Shown in pieces: positions 24,268 to 35,342 of a stretch of DNA of 64,000 nucleotides (its first letter is position 1; each line of letters begins with the position of its first letter). The notes under the pieces are model-generated. The model was not told the DNA's origin. It made no database searches and saw only the letters and a program-made list of their open reading frames with translations. Both the position numbers and the translations under genes were made by a program. This DNA comes from Elsinoe ampelina (taxonomy: Eukaryota), in NCBI GenBank assembly GCA_010093995.1, contig ML992501.1:516227-580226 (forward strand). The letters are read 5' to 3'.

Positions 24268-25965
24268 CTATACAGGCACATCCTCCCCTGCTCCCTGCCA
24301 AAAACTACACCTCTCTTCTAACCGCCCTATCCCCACCACACTGAAATTGCCCTGCTTGATCACCCATTCTCTCCCCACACCCTCCCCTTCACTCACAATC
24401 GGCACTCCCGCCTGGTCCGCCCCTGTCAACTTCCTCTCATTCGGATCCCCCGTGGCGAACCAGCTCGCAAACGCCCCGGCAAACCCTTGATACGTCACCG
24501 GGTCCGTCTTCTGGATATTATTCACCTGGTTCCAGTACTGCGTATCACTAGCATGTTTAGCAGGAGAGATGGTGTATTCCCCCAAATACCCCTTCGCTCC
24601 AGACCGAGAAGTTGAAGAAGTGGTAGAATCGAAAGGGCCAAAGGCAGAAGCGAGCCAGTACGCAGGACAAGCCAGGATGAGATCCCTGTAGATCAGACCA
24701 GCGCGGATGTACGAGGTGTTGTACGCCGGGACGTTCTCCGCCGATCCCGAAAGGGGGTACAGGTCGAGCAGAGTGGACCGTTGCGTGGCATCAAGCATGG
24801 GGAGGAATCCGCGCATCCAGCTTTCCAGGGAGGCTGGGGTGGAGTTGAACGATGTGCTTGATCCGGTGGGGGCGGAGAAGTTCGTCGCTGCGTTCTGCAG
24901 GCCGGGCGGGATAAAGTTTTCGCCTTCGTGCGTGTTGTACATGCCCCATGCGCCGCCGGGGAGGTTGGCGCGGATGTTGGCCTGCGCGGACGAGAGCGGG
25001 GTGGTGAGGAAGTGGTCGTCGATGACGGGGGACCAGGTGTAGGAGCTGGTGTTGTAGGTGTGGCTGCTTGTCAGGGCGAGCGAGGCGGTGCGGAGGGTCT
25101 GGATGTCGGCTGCTTTGAGGCATTTGAGGCTGTCGGGGCCGGAGCAGCCTGCGAGGGTGGCGAAGTTCTGGTAGAGCTCCTCTGCTTCGGTGCTGTCGTA
25201 GCGGTAGACGTGGGGCCAGTAAGGCGAGCTGGCGAGGGCGCGGGTGATTAGACCTCGTTGGAGCTTGGGGTTTGCGATTGACTGGGCTACTACACTTCCA
25301 GCCCCGGCGGATTGACCCCAGATGGTCACTCCTCTAGGGTCCCCACCGAAAGCTTTGATGTGCTTGTGTACCCATTTGAGGACGGCGTGTTGATCTAACA
25401 GGCCTGGGTTGAGATCGCTTTCGGGATCCTCAGCGATAGCTTTACCAGGGAGCAGACCCAATGCATTCACTCGGTAGTTTGGATAGACGGTGATGTAGTC
25501 GTTCTGTCTCGAGACATTGAGGATCGGCCATGCTGCAGGGGGTATCGAGAAGCTGCCTCCTCCTTGTATGAAGCCCCCTCCATAGAAGTTGACAAGGACA
25601 GGCCTTAGTGCCTCCCCTTCGGTCCATGGCCTCGAGTACAGGCCTAGGTAGAGACAGTCTTCCGAGCCGTTCACCGTCCGCTGTGGGCACATATCGTATG
25701 TTTGGTCAGAGTCGAATGTGCCATTCGTGATAGCTAGTGGTGGTTGAGGGCCTCGAAAGCGATTCACTCCAACAGGAGGTGCGGCAAATGGGATTTTTCT
25801 GAAATAATTGATATCATACTGGGACGAGTATCGACCACGAAACGTGCCGTATGAGAGTTCTGCCAATGGATCTGAGCTATTGGCAGAGACATCGCGAATC
25901 ACTGCCGCCTCTGTTGAAGTTATGGACGCGAGCAATGTCGCCGCCGCTACTTGCCACTTGACCAT
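24268..25965 (-). CDS. Secreted type-B carboxylesterase/lipase (intronless)
   Basis: Signal peptide, IPFAAPPVG..RF, SEDCLYL, GGGF oxyanion loop, GQSAG nucleophile elbow, and likely E (HEG) and H (KHASD) triad residues. Confidence 0.92.
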   Translation of the reverse strand: MVKWQVAAATLLASITSTEAAVIRDVSANSSDPLAELSYGTFRGRYSSQYDINYFRKIPFAAPPVGVNRFRGPQPPLAITNGTFDSDQTYDMCPQRTVNGSEDCLYLGLYSRPWTEGEALRPVLVNFYGGGFIQGGGSFSIPPAAWPILNVSRQNDYITVYPNYRVNALGLLPGKAIAEDPESDLNPGLLDQHAVLKWVHKHIKAFGGDPRGVTIWGQSAGAGSVVAQSIANPKLQRGLITRALASSPYWPHVYRYDSTEAEELYQNFATLAGCSGPDSLKCLKAADIQTLRTASLALTSSHTYNTSSYTWSPVIDDHFLTTPLSSAQANIRANLPGGAWGMYNTHEGENFIPPGLQNAATNFSAPTGSSTSFNSTPASLESWMRGFLPMLDATQRSTLLDLYPLSGSAENVPAYNTSYIRAGLIYRDLILACPAYWLASAFGPFDSTTSSTSRSGAKGYLGEYTISPAKHASDTQYWNQVNNIQKTDPVTYQGFAGAFASWFATGDPNERKLTGADQAGVPIVSEGEGVGREWVIKQGNFSVVGIGRLEERCSFWQGAGEDVPV

Positions 25966-26488
25966 GATGTTGTCAAAGCAGAAGAAATTGCCTTGTTAGA
26001 CTTACGGGGTAACGACACATGATATGCAGACACGACTCGCCGGCATAGGGTACCCGGACAGAGGGAGGCGACGTGGTTGAATGAAGAAGGCGCTATAATT
26101 TCTCCGCGAATTGACGGGGGATTGCTCTCGGTCACTGGGGCAAAGATCGTCCGGGAAAGAATGCGGGGGCTGATCTCGGGAGGCATGGTTAAAAAGTCGG
26201 GGGGCCCGGTGGGTTGGAGCCTGAGGACATACAGTACGATGCATCGATACATAAGATTGACTCCACATGAGTGTTCCGAGGGCGCTGCTGTGATGGTGAT
26301 CTGTCTGGTGACAGTCAGCATACTCCATAGCGGGAGAATGACCACACTGCAGACGAGGTGACAAAGGTGGTTTCTGCGGCTTAAGTCCCGAATGGAAGAG
26401 GAAGCTTTCAGGGGTGTGCGACAATTCGTCTTCCTTATTAGATGAAGCGTACTTCGCGATCTTCAACCATCAATCCTGGACACTTGTC

Positions 26489-27201
26489 ATGGAATCTGCT
26501 TCATCCGGCCCTTGGAGCGTCCTAAGGTATCTAGGAGGCTGGGGCCATTCCCGGTATGAGCCTATGTGTATCCCAGAGCCAGCTGCCTTGCTGACAACTC
26601 GAACAGTGGCCCAGGGAGATTGTACAGCTATCCTGCGTCTTCGACTGTGCTTGCTTTCTAACTTGAACCAGTATGATACAAATGCTGCTCTTCGGTACCG
26701 GTACAGCTGTGAGGTCGACTTGTTGTAGCACAACACGCCTTTGTTGACTCTACTCAGAGCGTCCTGGGCTTCGTTGTGTCCATGATAGCTGCATCATTCT
26801 ACGACACCGCTGCGCTACCTTTCATGGTCTCGTCCATCATCGGATTCGGCGTCGGATGTGTGAACTACTACAGAGCCTCACTCGCTCGAGCCATGATCGA
26901 TCTTGACAGATATCCGACGCTTCTTAGACTTTCTTTGGACAGCGAGTTTCCAACACAGAGGTTTGATCTGCGTCCACAAGGCTACTTCACCAGTCGCAAC
27001 TTTGATCGGACGTGGCAGGACAGGAGTAGGCTGTTGGTAGGGTGGCTCAGTGCTGGTGACAACATAGCTGTGAGCCAATTACCGTGCGGACGTGGTGGCG
27101 ATCAAGCTAAGGACCCTCAGGCAATCCGATCGAGGAAGGAACAGGACTATGTCGATAGAGGGGGCGAGACCATCAGCGAGAAGCGCAGCCATGCGGCATA
27201 G
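26489..27201 (+). CDS. Small uncharacterized membrane protein, 169 aa, 5 exons (26489-26553, 26607-26621, 26672-26708, 26758-27069, 27121-27201)
   Basis: Manual splicing through four GT..AG introns with branch-like motifs gives a 510-nt uninterrupted frame: MESASSGPWSVLRYLGGWGHSRGPGRFMIQMLLFGTGTASVLGFVVSMIAASF... Confidence 0.65.
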
Positions 27202-27344
27202 AGACCCTTGCCAGGAACAAATACGACTCAACAACCACTGCCAGGCTCTCGATCCCCTCAAGTCTCGACCTGCTTGGGAGCCACGTGGATGTAGATATTC
27301 ATTACTAACAACGGTCTCTTGCCGCTGAAGCCTGTAATTGCGCA

Positions 27345-29037
27345 TCATTCCTTCTCGTGATACACCACCCCCTCCTCCCTCCATTCACCTCTCTGCCATG
27401 GCGAAGAGCAATACACCTCCCCCGGCGGCGTGATTTCATCCTGCAATCCATTCTGCTGCGGCGAAAACGGTCTCCCGGGGTACGGCTGATCGTGCCCAGA
27501 GAGCGGACTCACGTGTCCGTTATGGTTCGCCACATGACTGATATAAGGCGCGTTGCTCGACACCGGACTCACTTGGAATCTCCCCTCTTCTAAACAAATG
27601 GCCGATGCAACTCGTACTTGGCTCCTACGCTTGCTGTCCTCTCTCCGTGCTGCCATCTCCTGCGCCTGGCCCATCACCGGTCGGCGAGGAGGTGGCATAC
27701 TCCTTCTGGCGGGTATTGTCCCGCGTACCGGCCCATCAAACTCATCGGAGAGATCACGGTCCTGGTTCGTGCGGCGGAGTTTCTTCCCTCTCATGCGGCG
27801 CGCCAGACTGCCTAGCGTGGGGGCAGTGATGCAGATGAAGGCAGCGAAGATCTCCCAGCTCGCGATGGTGACGAGGTCGGCGGTGTTGTAGAGGTTGTCG
27901 CCGAAGGATTGGATGTCTTTGCGGAGTTGGGCGCGGAGGGAGGAGAGGGCGATGACGCTGGTAGTATGAGCCTGGGAGTAGGACGGATTGAGGAAGGAGG
28001 GGAGAGGGGAAGGGCTTACCTGAGACCAACGCAGAAGACGATGCCGAGGGCGAAGCGTTCGCGGATTTGGAGGCCGAGGGACCTTATAACGGCGAGGGGG
28101 AGCAGGAATATGATGATGTTACCACTGATATTGAGGCCGAAACGGACGTTGTCGATGCTGTTGGAGTGGTTGCAAACTCCGTCGGCAATGGAGTCGTCCC
28201 AGAATGCAGACACGGGCTTGCAGTTCGTAAGAAGTAGCGAAAGCATGACAATCGTTGATGAGATTGTGAGACCGATGACGACTCCAGTGATGATGCGGAA
28301 TCGCTTGTTTAGGAAGACTCGAATGTATAAGGCGAGTAAAGAGACCTTGACAAGACAGGAAGTGATTCGATGCAGGACCAGCCAGAAGAAGACTGTGAGT
28401 GTGAGCGTTGGCACGCCGCGGTGCTCGCGGGTCTACTTACTCAGCTTCAAGGCCTCCGTTCTGCCTACCAGGGACCGTGGATCCCAGGCGTGGTAGCCAA
28501 GGCCGTGTGGGATAGCTACTTGATTCAGTGATAACTAACAAACAGTAGTCTCGTGACCTACCCTGAACTTGAAGCGCGATTGCCGCGACAAAGGTGCTTG
28601 CTGCAGCAAGATGCAGCCAGTCGTCCCACCACAAACGAGTCCGCCGAGATGCAAACCGAGCAAGAACAAGTAACACAATCGCAACACATATGAGCACAGT
28701 CTGAGCCTGCAGAACTGGTGCCTTTGTGTCTTGTGGTCGATCACAGGCGAGAACATCCCACTGGACGAATGCTAATCCGCGTTAGATGGGACGGTCAACT
28801 TGATAATGAGTACCTACTCGAGATGTCTTGATCACCGCACTTGCGCGCGCATCGTAGCACATCCGGCCTCCATTTCTCACTACGACACTGGCATACTAGA
28901 TCACCAATCCCACATACACTAGCCTCGGCTGATTCGACGGCGCATGTTCTGAGACAAATCGATAGAGGCGGACCAGAGATAGCTAGCGTCAGTGGTAATG
29001 CTGCGAGCAGCAGAGCTGTGAAATGCGACCACCGCAT
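27345..29037 (-). CDS. CFEM-domain PTH11-like GPCR-type membrane protein (multi-exon)
   Basis: Signal peptide, then Cys pattern C..C..C..C.C..C..C..C (CFEM), then 7TM rhodopsin-like segments (RLWWDDW, VKVSLLALYIRVF, NCKPVSAFWD). Confidence 0.82.
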
Positions 29038-30043
29038 ATTGTCATGAATGCATCGTTGAAAGAAGGACCGAGTAAAGCGAGAGATGAAGAGAAAGATCAA
29101 GAGAATCGCCAACCATTATTAGCATTGCCGACCCACCAGGGCTATGGTATCACTTGAGCTGGCCCCGACGGTCCGTTGCTGGAGGTAAACTCTAGCACAC
29201 CGGGCATTCTGTGTCGTCAAACGTGGCAGCTCTCCTAGGGAAGCTAATTTTGGACTACTGCTGTAAACGCTGCAATCTAAGGCTGATCTGACACGTCGCT
29301 TCGTGCCTATAGTGGTAGCTACAAGAAGACTTTGGACATAGTCTCAGTCCCGGACAGGTGGGAGCGGTGCCCATGGGACTGTCGAAGCGCGTGGCGCAAG
29401 GAGGCCGGCTCGTGCAGGTGAAGGTCGATCAATGTGTAGCGACCCGGCAGGACTTGTCCTCCATCGACTTCTCAACCAGCGGCGTGATCAGAATGGATTA
29501 ATAGGAGATTCGACGCGGTGCTGCCAGAAGGGTATGCAGCATCGAAGAAGACAATAATCTCGTCGAAGAGTGGAGAGTTTCGGCGGGCGTCAGCCCCGCG
29601 TCCAGGGCAGACACGTGACCGATGGTCAAACCATGCAGAAACTTCTCCCTCTCCGTCGCGTTTCATCTACTCTCTCACGGCACGGCGTAGGGTGAAGACG
29701 ACCGTCGCAAATAGTATAGGAATCGTGTCGTCGAGTCATGCGGTGAAATGCAATGCAAGCAAGAAGCTACCTTAGTCAGTCAAGTAAGGTAGGCTGATAG
29801 AGGGGACCAAGGCAATGACATCACGTCCAACAGCCATGCAAGGGTCCAACGACCTCCCAGTCACCAGCCTCAATCCTGTTTTCCTCTGCCACAGCTGCTT
29901 TCTCCTCGAATTCTTCAGCCACAGGTACACTTTCACATACTACAGTCGCAAGCAAAGCAATATCTCTGCTCAACCACAGATCCAATTGATCAATTCTACA
30001 TCCTGCTCAATTCCTCCGAATTGCCAGACTTGCGTAATCAACA

Positions 30044-30541
30044 ATGTCGTCATCCGCCGTCGTAAAGCAGCCACAGCAGCAGAAGCAGGTCCAAAGGCAT
30101 GAGCCACAAGACGATGATGGCTATGAAGTCGAGTCGTACGAGAAAGAGACCAAAGCCAGTGCCAGCGTAAGTCCTCCGGTGTAAACGAATTGATCACCTC
30201 CTGCGACAAGAAGCCTTTGCTGCTCGCGATGCCCCAGATTAGAACCTCTCTTGATCCCTGTTCTGATACTGCTTCAGGCCGGTCTGAACCTCAACCTCTT
30301 CGCCGCAGTGAGCGGCATGTTCTCGTCCAAGTCGAGCAAGCAGACGGCCGCGGACGGCTCCTCCATCGAGCACCGCGAGGAGAACGCGCGTGTCAAGGGT
30401 GCAGGGCATGGCAATGCGCAGGCTGCTGGCCAGGGAGATTTTCATGATCGCGAGGCGGCATACAAGCACATTCCTTTTGGCGACGATAATGAGCGCATTG
30501 AGGATGCACCTCAGAAGAAGATGGTCGAGGCGAGGAAGTAG
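30044..30541 (+). CDS. Small uncharacterized hydrophilic protein (exons 30044-30166, 30278-30541)
   Basis: MSSSAVVKQPQQQK...ETKASAS spliced at GTAAGT(30167)...CTGAT...CAG(30277) in frame to AGLNLNLFAAVSGMFS...EARK*. Confidence 0.65.
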
Positions 30542-30616
30542 GCGAGACACTCCTCTGTTAAGGTCAAGTCGTTTGATGGCGCCTGTTTTTGTACAATACC
30601 ACTTGCTTGATATTTC

Positions 30617-31409
30617 TCATCCCAAATCGAGGTCAATCGTATTCCATAGCATCGCATGCAGTTGCTGCCGCTTCTTCGTGTCCGGATCCAGCTCTGGTTC
30701 GTGTTCCAGGTCATCCACTTTCTCTGTCCGTCCTGACCCAAGCTGCTTCTTCTGCTTCGATCCTTCGTCTCTGATCCCTTTCAGCGCCTCACCTAGCTTC
30801 TCCTTCGAGTCTTGTACTGCCTGAATATCTGCCTTCGCCCGTGCCAGCTGTTCCTCCATCATCAATATCAAGCTCTCCCTTGCCTGGTGCGGTCGGTACT
30901 GGTTGATCAGGTCGTGCGCATTGTAAAACAGTGTCTGCAGGTCTTCGATCTTCTCTGCGCTTTCTTCCGGGTTGTTTGAGATGATGCCAACCAGCTCGAG
31001 GTAGTTGAGTATGATCGCTCTGGACAATGCTATGAGCTTTGATGTAGGGTCCGTGGATGCTGGGGAATTGGGGTATATCTGTGTGATGCCGGCCGCTGCA
31101 AGGGAGATGTCAGGCTGAGTCAACTGGGTCTGTCAGTTATGCTCTTGTGAAGCGCTTAGGTCTGCTAACATCTAGCTGCACGCCGAAGCTCTTGTATTTT
31201 TCATCCACGGGAGGTTCAGGTGGGACGAGGTAGCGAAGACCTTCTGGCAGTGGAGTCGAATCTATAGTCGCGCCGTCGCCATTGACCATCGATTGCGACT
31301 TTTCATGCTCGCGCAGGCGTGATAGGTTCTGCTTCGTAAAGTGCTTCCAGTATGGTGGCGGGTTCGGGAAGGGTGCAGCTATGGTTGGCGCCTGACCTTG
31401 GTCGGCCAT
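30617..31409 (-). CDS. MED7: Mediator subunit 7 (2 exons)
   Basis: PFPNPPPYWKHFT, LVPPEPP and NAHDLINQYRPHQARESLILMMEEQ. Confidence 0.93.
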
Positions 31410-31703
31410 GTTTGGATGTCGCTATGATCGTATCATGAGTCGACGATAGGTCCAGTAGTGACGCGAGTTCCAATTGAAAGGTCCTGATCAGGAACGTGGA
31501 AGAAAGGTGAAGCAAAGAGACCGTGAGGACCTTGCTCCGAGCTGAGGAAAGTCTTGCCGAGGTCGGAGATGGACAAGTCGCATGCGCCACAGGAGCAACT
31601 CCGCCGTTACAATGTCGCGTGCCAGTCGCTCATGACACATGTACAACCACAACATGTAGACAGCATCCCTCTCCGTGCCCTCAATTCTCCTCGTCTGACT
31701 GGA

Positions 31704-32892
31704 ATGCCTGGATCAGAGTCTCATCATCCCTCTCGCAAGCCTAGAAGTCAAGTCATGGACAACTCGCGATGGGCTACTATCCAGAGGATATGGAAGGTGA
31801 TTGTCATAGGCATATACCATCTCAAGTACGTGCTGACACACTGCCAGAGGTCCTATGCGTCTGATTACCTTGGTTTTGCCATTCTTTTAGTTCTCTACGT
31901 CCTCCTGCAGGTCTTCCAGGAGCCATTCCATCGTTTGTTCTACTTGAACGACCACCGTCTTCAATATCCTCATGCAGAGGTCGAGCGTGTCCCAGTCGGT
32001 ATGTAACATATTCCTGATTCTGGGGCGTTTCGCTTACTGCTACCAGCTTGGCTCTTTTTGTATGGCGGTGGCATACCTCTGGCCATCATCATCGTCTGGC
32101 TCTTGGTTACCAGGAGTCCATTGCAGAAAGCTCATGTCACAGTCTTGAGCTTCCTCATCGCTTTGATTCTTACTTCGTTCTTGACAGATGTTCGACCTTA
32201 CTCTCCTACTAAATACGTCGCCACTAATTGTTGACAGATTGTGAAGAATTCCGTTGGCAGACCCAGGCCGGATCTCATCGCACGATGCAAACCTGTGAGT
32301 CTCATTCTACCCTAGTACACGAGACTGCATGTCTGACCATCCATACAGAAAGCAGGTACTCCGCCAGATAAGCTCGTCGGCGTTGAAGTCTGCACAGAGA
32401 CCAAGCCCCATTTGCTTCAGGACGGTTGGCGCTCATTCCCATCTGGCCACAGCTCTTTCGCCTTTAGTGGTCTTGGCTACCTCGGATTCTTCTTTGGTAT
32501 GATTGCCTGCTCGTATCCTGGTAAGATCAAAACTAATCAAATCAGCTTCCCAAGTCAATGCTTTACGCCCCAATGTCGATCTGGCTCGCATGATCCTCGT
32601 TCTAGCACCTTTCGTCTGCGCGGCTCTTATCGCCATCAGCAGACTCGAGGACTACCGCCATGATGTATTTGACGTCACTGCTGGCTCTACTCTTGGCGCG
32701 ACAATCGCCTACTTGACTTGGCGACGACACTACCCCAAGCTGACCTCCCCACATTGTGCGACACCGTACTCTCTACTAGCAGTCGAGAAATGTGGATTCC
32801 GCCGTCTGCGAGATGAAGAAGAAGGCCCGGCTGGATCAGCCAGAAATGGGAACAGACAGGGAGACTATGAGGTCGGAAGCGACAGTGACTAG
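31704..32892 (+). CDS. PAP2-family lipid/diacylglycerol pyrophosphate phosphatase (DPP1/LPP1-like), ~6 exons; start uncertain (alternative in-frame ATGs 31569, 31632)
   Basis: Catalytic motifs KNSVGRPRPD, SFPSGHSS and SRLEDYRHDVFDV. Confidence 0.88.
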
Positions 32893-33234
32893 CCGTCTAT
32901 TGACCCATTGCTCACCAGCCACCGCAGCAAGTCTTTACGTAGCCGCATCGATTGAACCCAAGGATAACCATGTTACTTGCGTCCATCGTGATTTTCCCTA
33001 TACGAAAGCTGTCATAGAATTGTTTGCTGTTGTGTCTCGGAGCATTACCGATGTAACGCCCTATTTTGCTAGCGCCGATCATGGTTCTATCACTGACGTC
33101 GGGTTTCGATATTCCGGCAGCAGCCATTCCATTTTCAAGATTGTGCATAGTTTTAATAATTTTGAACGCCCTTGAACATGCGTTGAAAGATCAACTGCCT
33201 GTTCTACAGACCTTTCAATAGTCGCCCATACAGT

Positions 33235-34963
33235 ATGCCGGCCGAAAGAGGCTTAGTGGACGTCGCCCCCGAGCCAGTCGAGAACGATGAAGAGCGACCA
33301 CTTCTTGATGAAGAGCATCCTGACCATGGAACGATAACCAATGAACAAGCTATCGAAGAGGGACGAGCTGTCGAGCGAGCAGACAATCCAAAAGGCGATG
33401 AGCCCAGCACTGGCAAACTTTTGATCACCATAGGACCTCTTTTTCTTGCGGCCTTTTTTGCCGCCGCTGGTATGCGTGACGGTCTCTGGCAAATGTATAT
33501 TCGCTGATGGTCTTATAGACTCAACGATCGTTGCTACCCTTGCATCACCGATATCAACATCCTTTCAGTCCTTTACGCTTCTATCATGGCTTGCCTCTGG
33601 ATACCTCATCGCAAACGCCGCCATACAACCTCTATCTGGAAGATTATCAGACATTTATGGACGCAAATCTGGTGTCATATTCGCCTGCACTTTCTTCGCC
33701 ATAGGAACTCTGATGTGTGGTCTAGCCCAATCTGCATCAGTAATCATCGCTGGTCGGATAATCGCTGGGGCTGGTGGCGGCTGTATCAACACCCTCTCCA
33801 CCTTTATCGCCACCGACCTCATCCCCCTCCGCAAGCGCGGCCTGTGGCAAGGCTACTCCAACCTCGTCTACGGCACCGGTATGGGCCTCGGCGGTATCCT
33901 AGGCGGCTTCATCAACGACCGTATCGGCTGGCGCTGGGCCTTCCACATCCAAGTCCCCTTCATCATCCTAGCCGGCATCATCGCCTCCATCACCATCAAG
34001 ATCCCCGTCAAAGAAACCGACACCTCCAAAATCAAACGCGTCGACTTCCTCGGCGCCATCACCCTCTCTCTCTCCCTCATCCTCCTCCTCATCGGCCTCA
34101 ACTCAGGCGGCAACATCGTCCCCTGGACCCACCCCCTCGTATACATCTCCCTCCCTGCCTCCCTCCTCTCCCTCCTCATCTTCATCTACACCGAATCCCG
34201 CCTCGCCTCCGAACCCATCATCCCCGTACGCCTCCTCCTCCACCGCACCGTCGCCTCCGCCTGCCTCACAAACTGGTTCACAACAATGTCCGTCTTCGCC
34301 ATCTTCTACTACGGCCCCATCTACTTCTCCGTCATCCAAAACCTCACCTCCACCGGCACCGGCGCCCGCCTCATCCCCTCATCCGCAGGCATCGCCCTCG
34401 GCTCGCTCACATGCGGCATCGTAATGCGCAAGACAGGCAGGTACTACTACCTCAACTGCCTCATCTCGCTCCTCTCCCTCGTAGCAACGAGTTGCATCGC
34501 CATCTTCTTCCGTCCAGGTCTAGCGCTCTGGCCACCGTTCCTCATCCTCGCGCTGCACGGCATCGCCTACGGTGGCATGCTGACCATCACGCTGCTCGCG
34601 CTGCTCGCCGCCGTGAGCCACAGGGATCAAGCGGTGATCACGTCGGCGAGCTATGCGTTTCGCTCGACCGGGAGTACGATTGGTATCACGCTTGCCGGGG
34701 CCGTGTTTCAGAATATTCTGAGCAGGGAGCTGTGGGCCAAGTTTGGCGATTATCCCGATGCGAGGGACGTGATTGGACGGTTGAGGGATGATTTGGATGC
34801 TGTGAAGCATTTGGGGCCGAGGTGGAGGAGGGGCGTTGAGGAGGCGTATGCGGATGCGTTGAGGGGGGTTTGGGGGGTGGTGTTGGTGCTGGCGGCTGCG
34901 GGGGCGGTGAGTAGTCTTTGTATGAGGGAGCATGGGTTGGGGAGGAGGTTGGAGAGGAAATGA
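33235..34963 (+). CDS. MFS drug:H+ antiporter-2 family transporter (VBA-like); 2 exons
   Basis: DSTIVATL, QPLSGRLSDIYGRK motif A, GRIIAGAGGG and GWRWAF; about 14 TM segments; intron ~33470-33518. Confidence 0.92.
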
Positions 34964-35342
34964 TGGGCATGTCTGGAGGGAGGAGCGAGGGGAGGTAGTA
35001 GTGGGATATCATTATGGCCTTTGCGGCGGAAATCTATGATGGATATGAAAAGCTATGGGCATGAAATGAAGGCAGTCGTGATAAGATGTCGTCGAGCGTG
35101 CTCCGGAGAGATCAAGCTATTGGACTTCTCGAGCAAGCAATGCCGCCTTCTGAATAGGTGATGAGAATCAGAACGCTGAGTGGGTATCTCCGAAGCAAGA
35201 TCGTCAAGTCGTGAAGGAAGTCGTGGGTTGAACCATGAAAAGAGCAAGGTCGGGCCATGGACTATGAGGGCGTGTTGAAAGGTCCAGTACTACCAGATCA
35301 GAAGTATCGCCATAGCGGAAATGGTTTTTGTTGGGTGATCGA

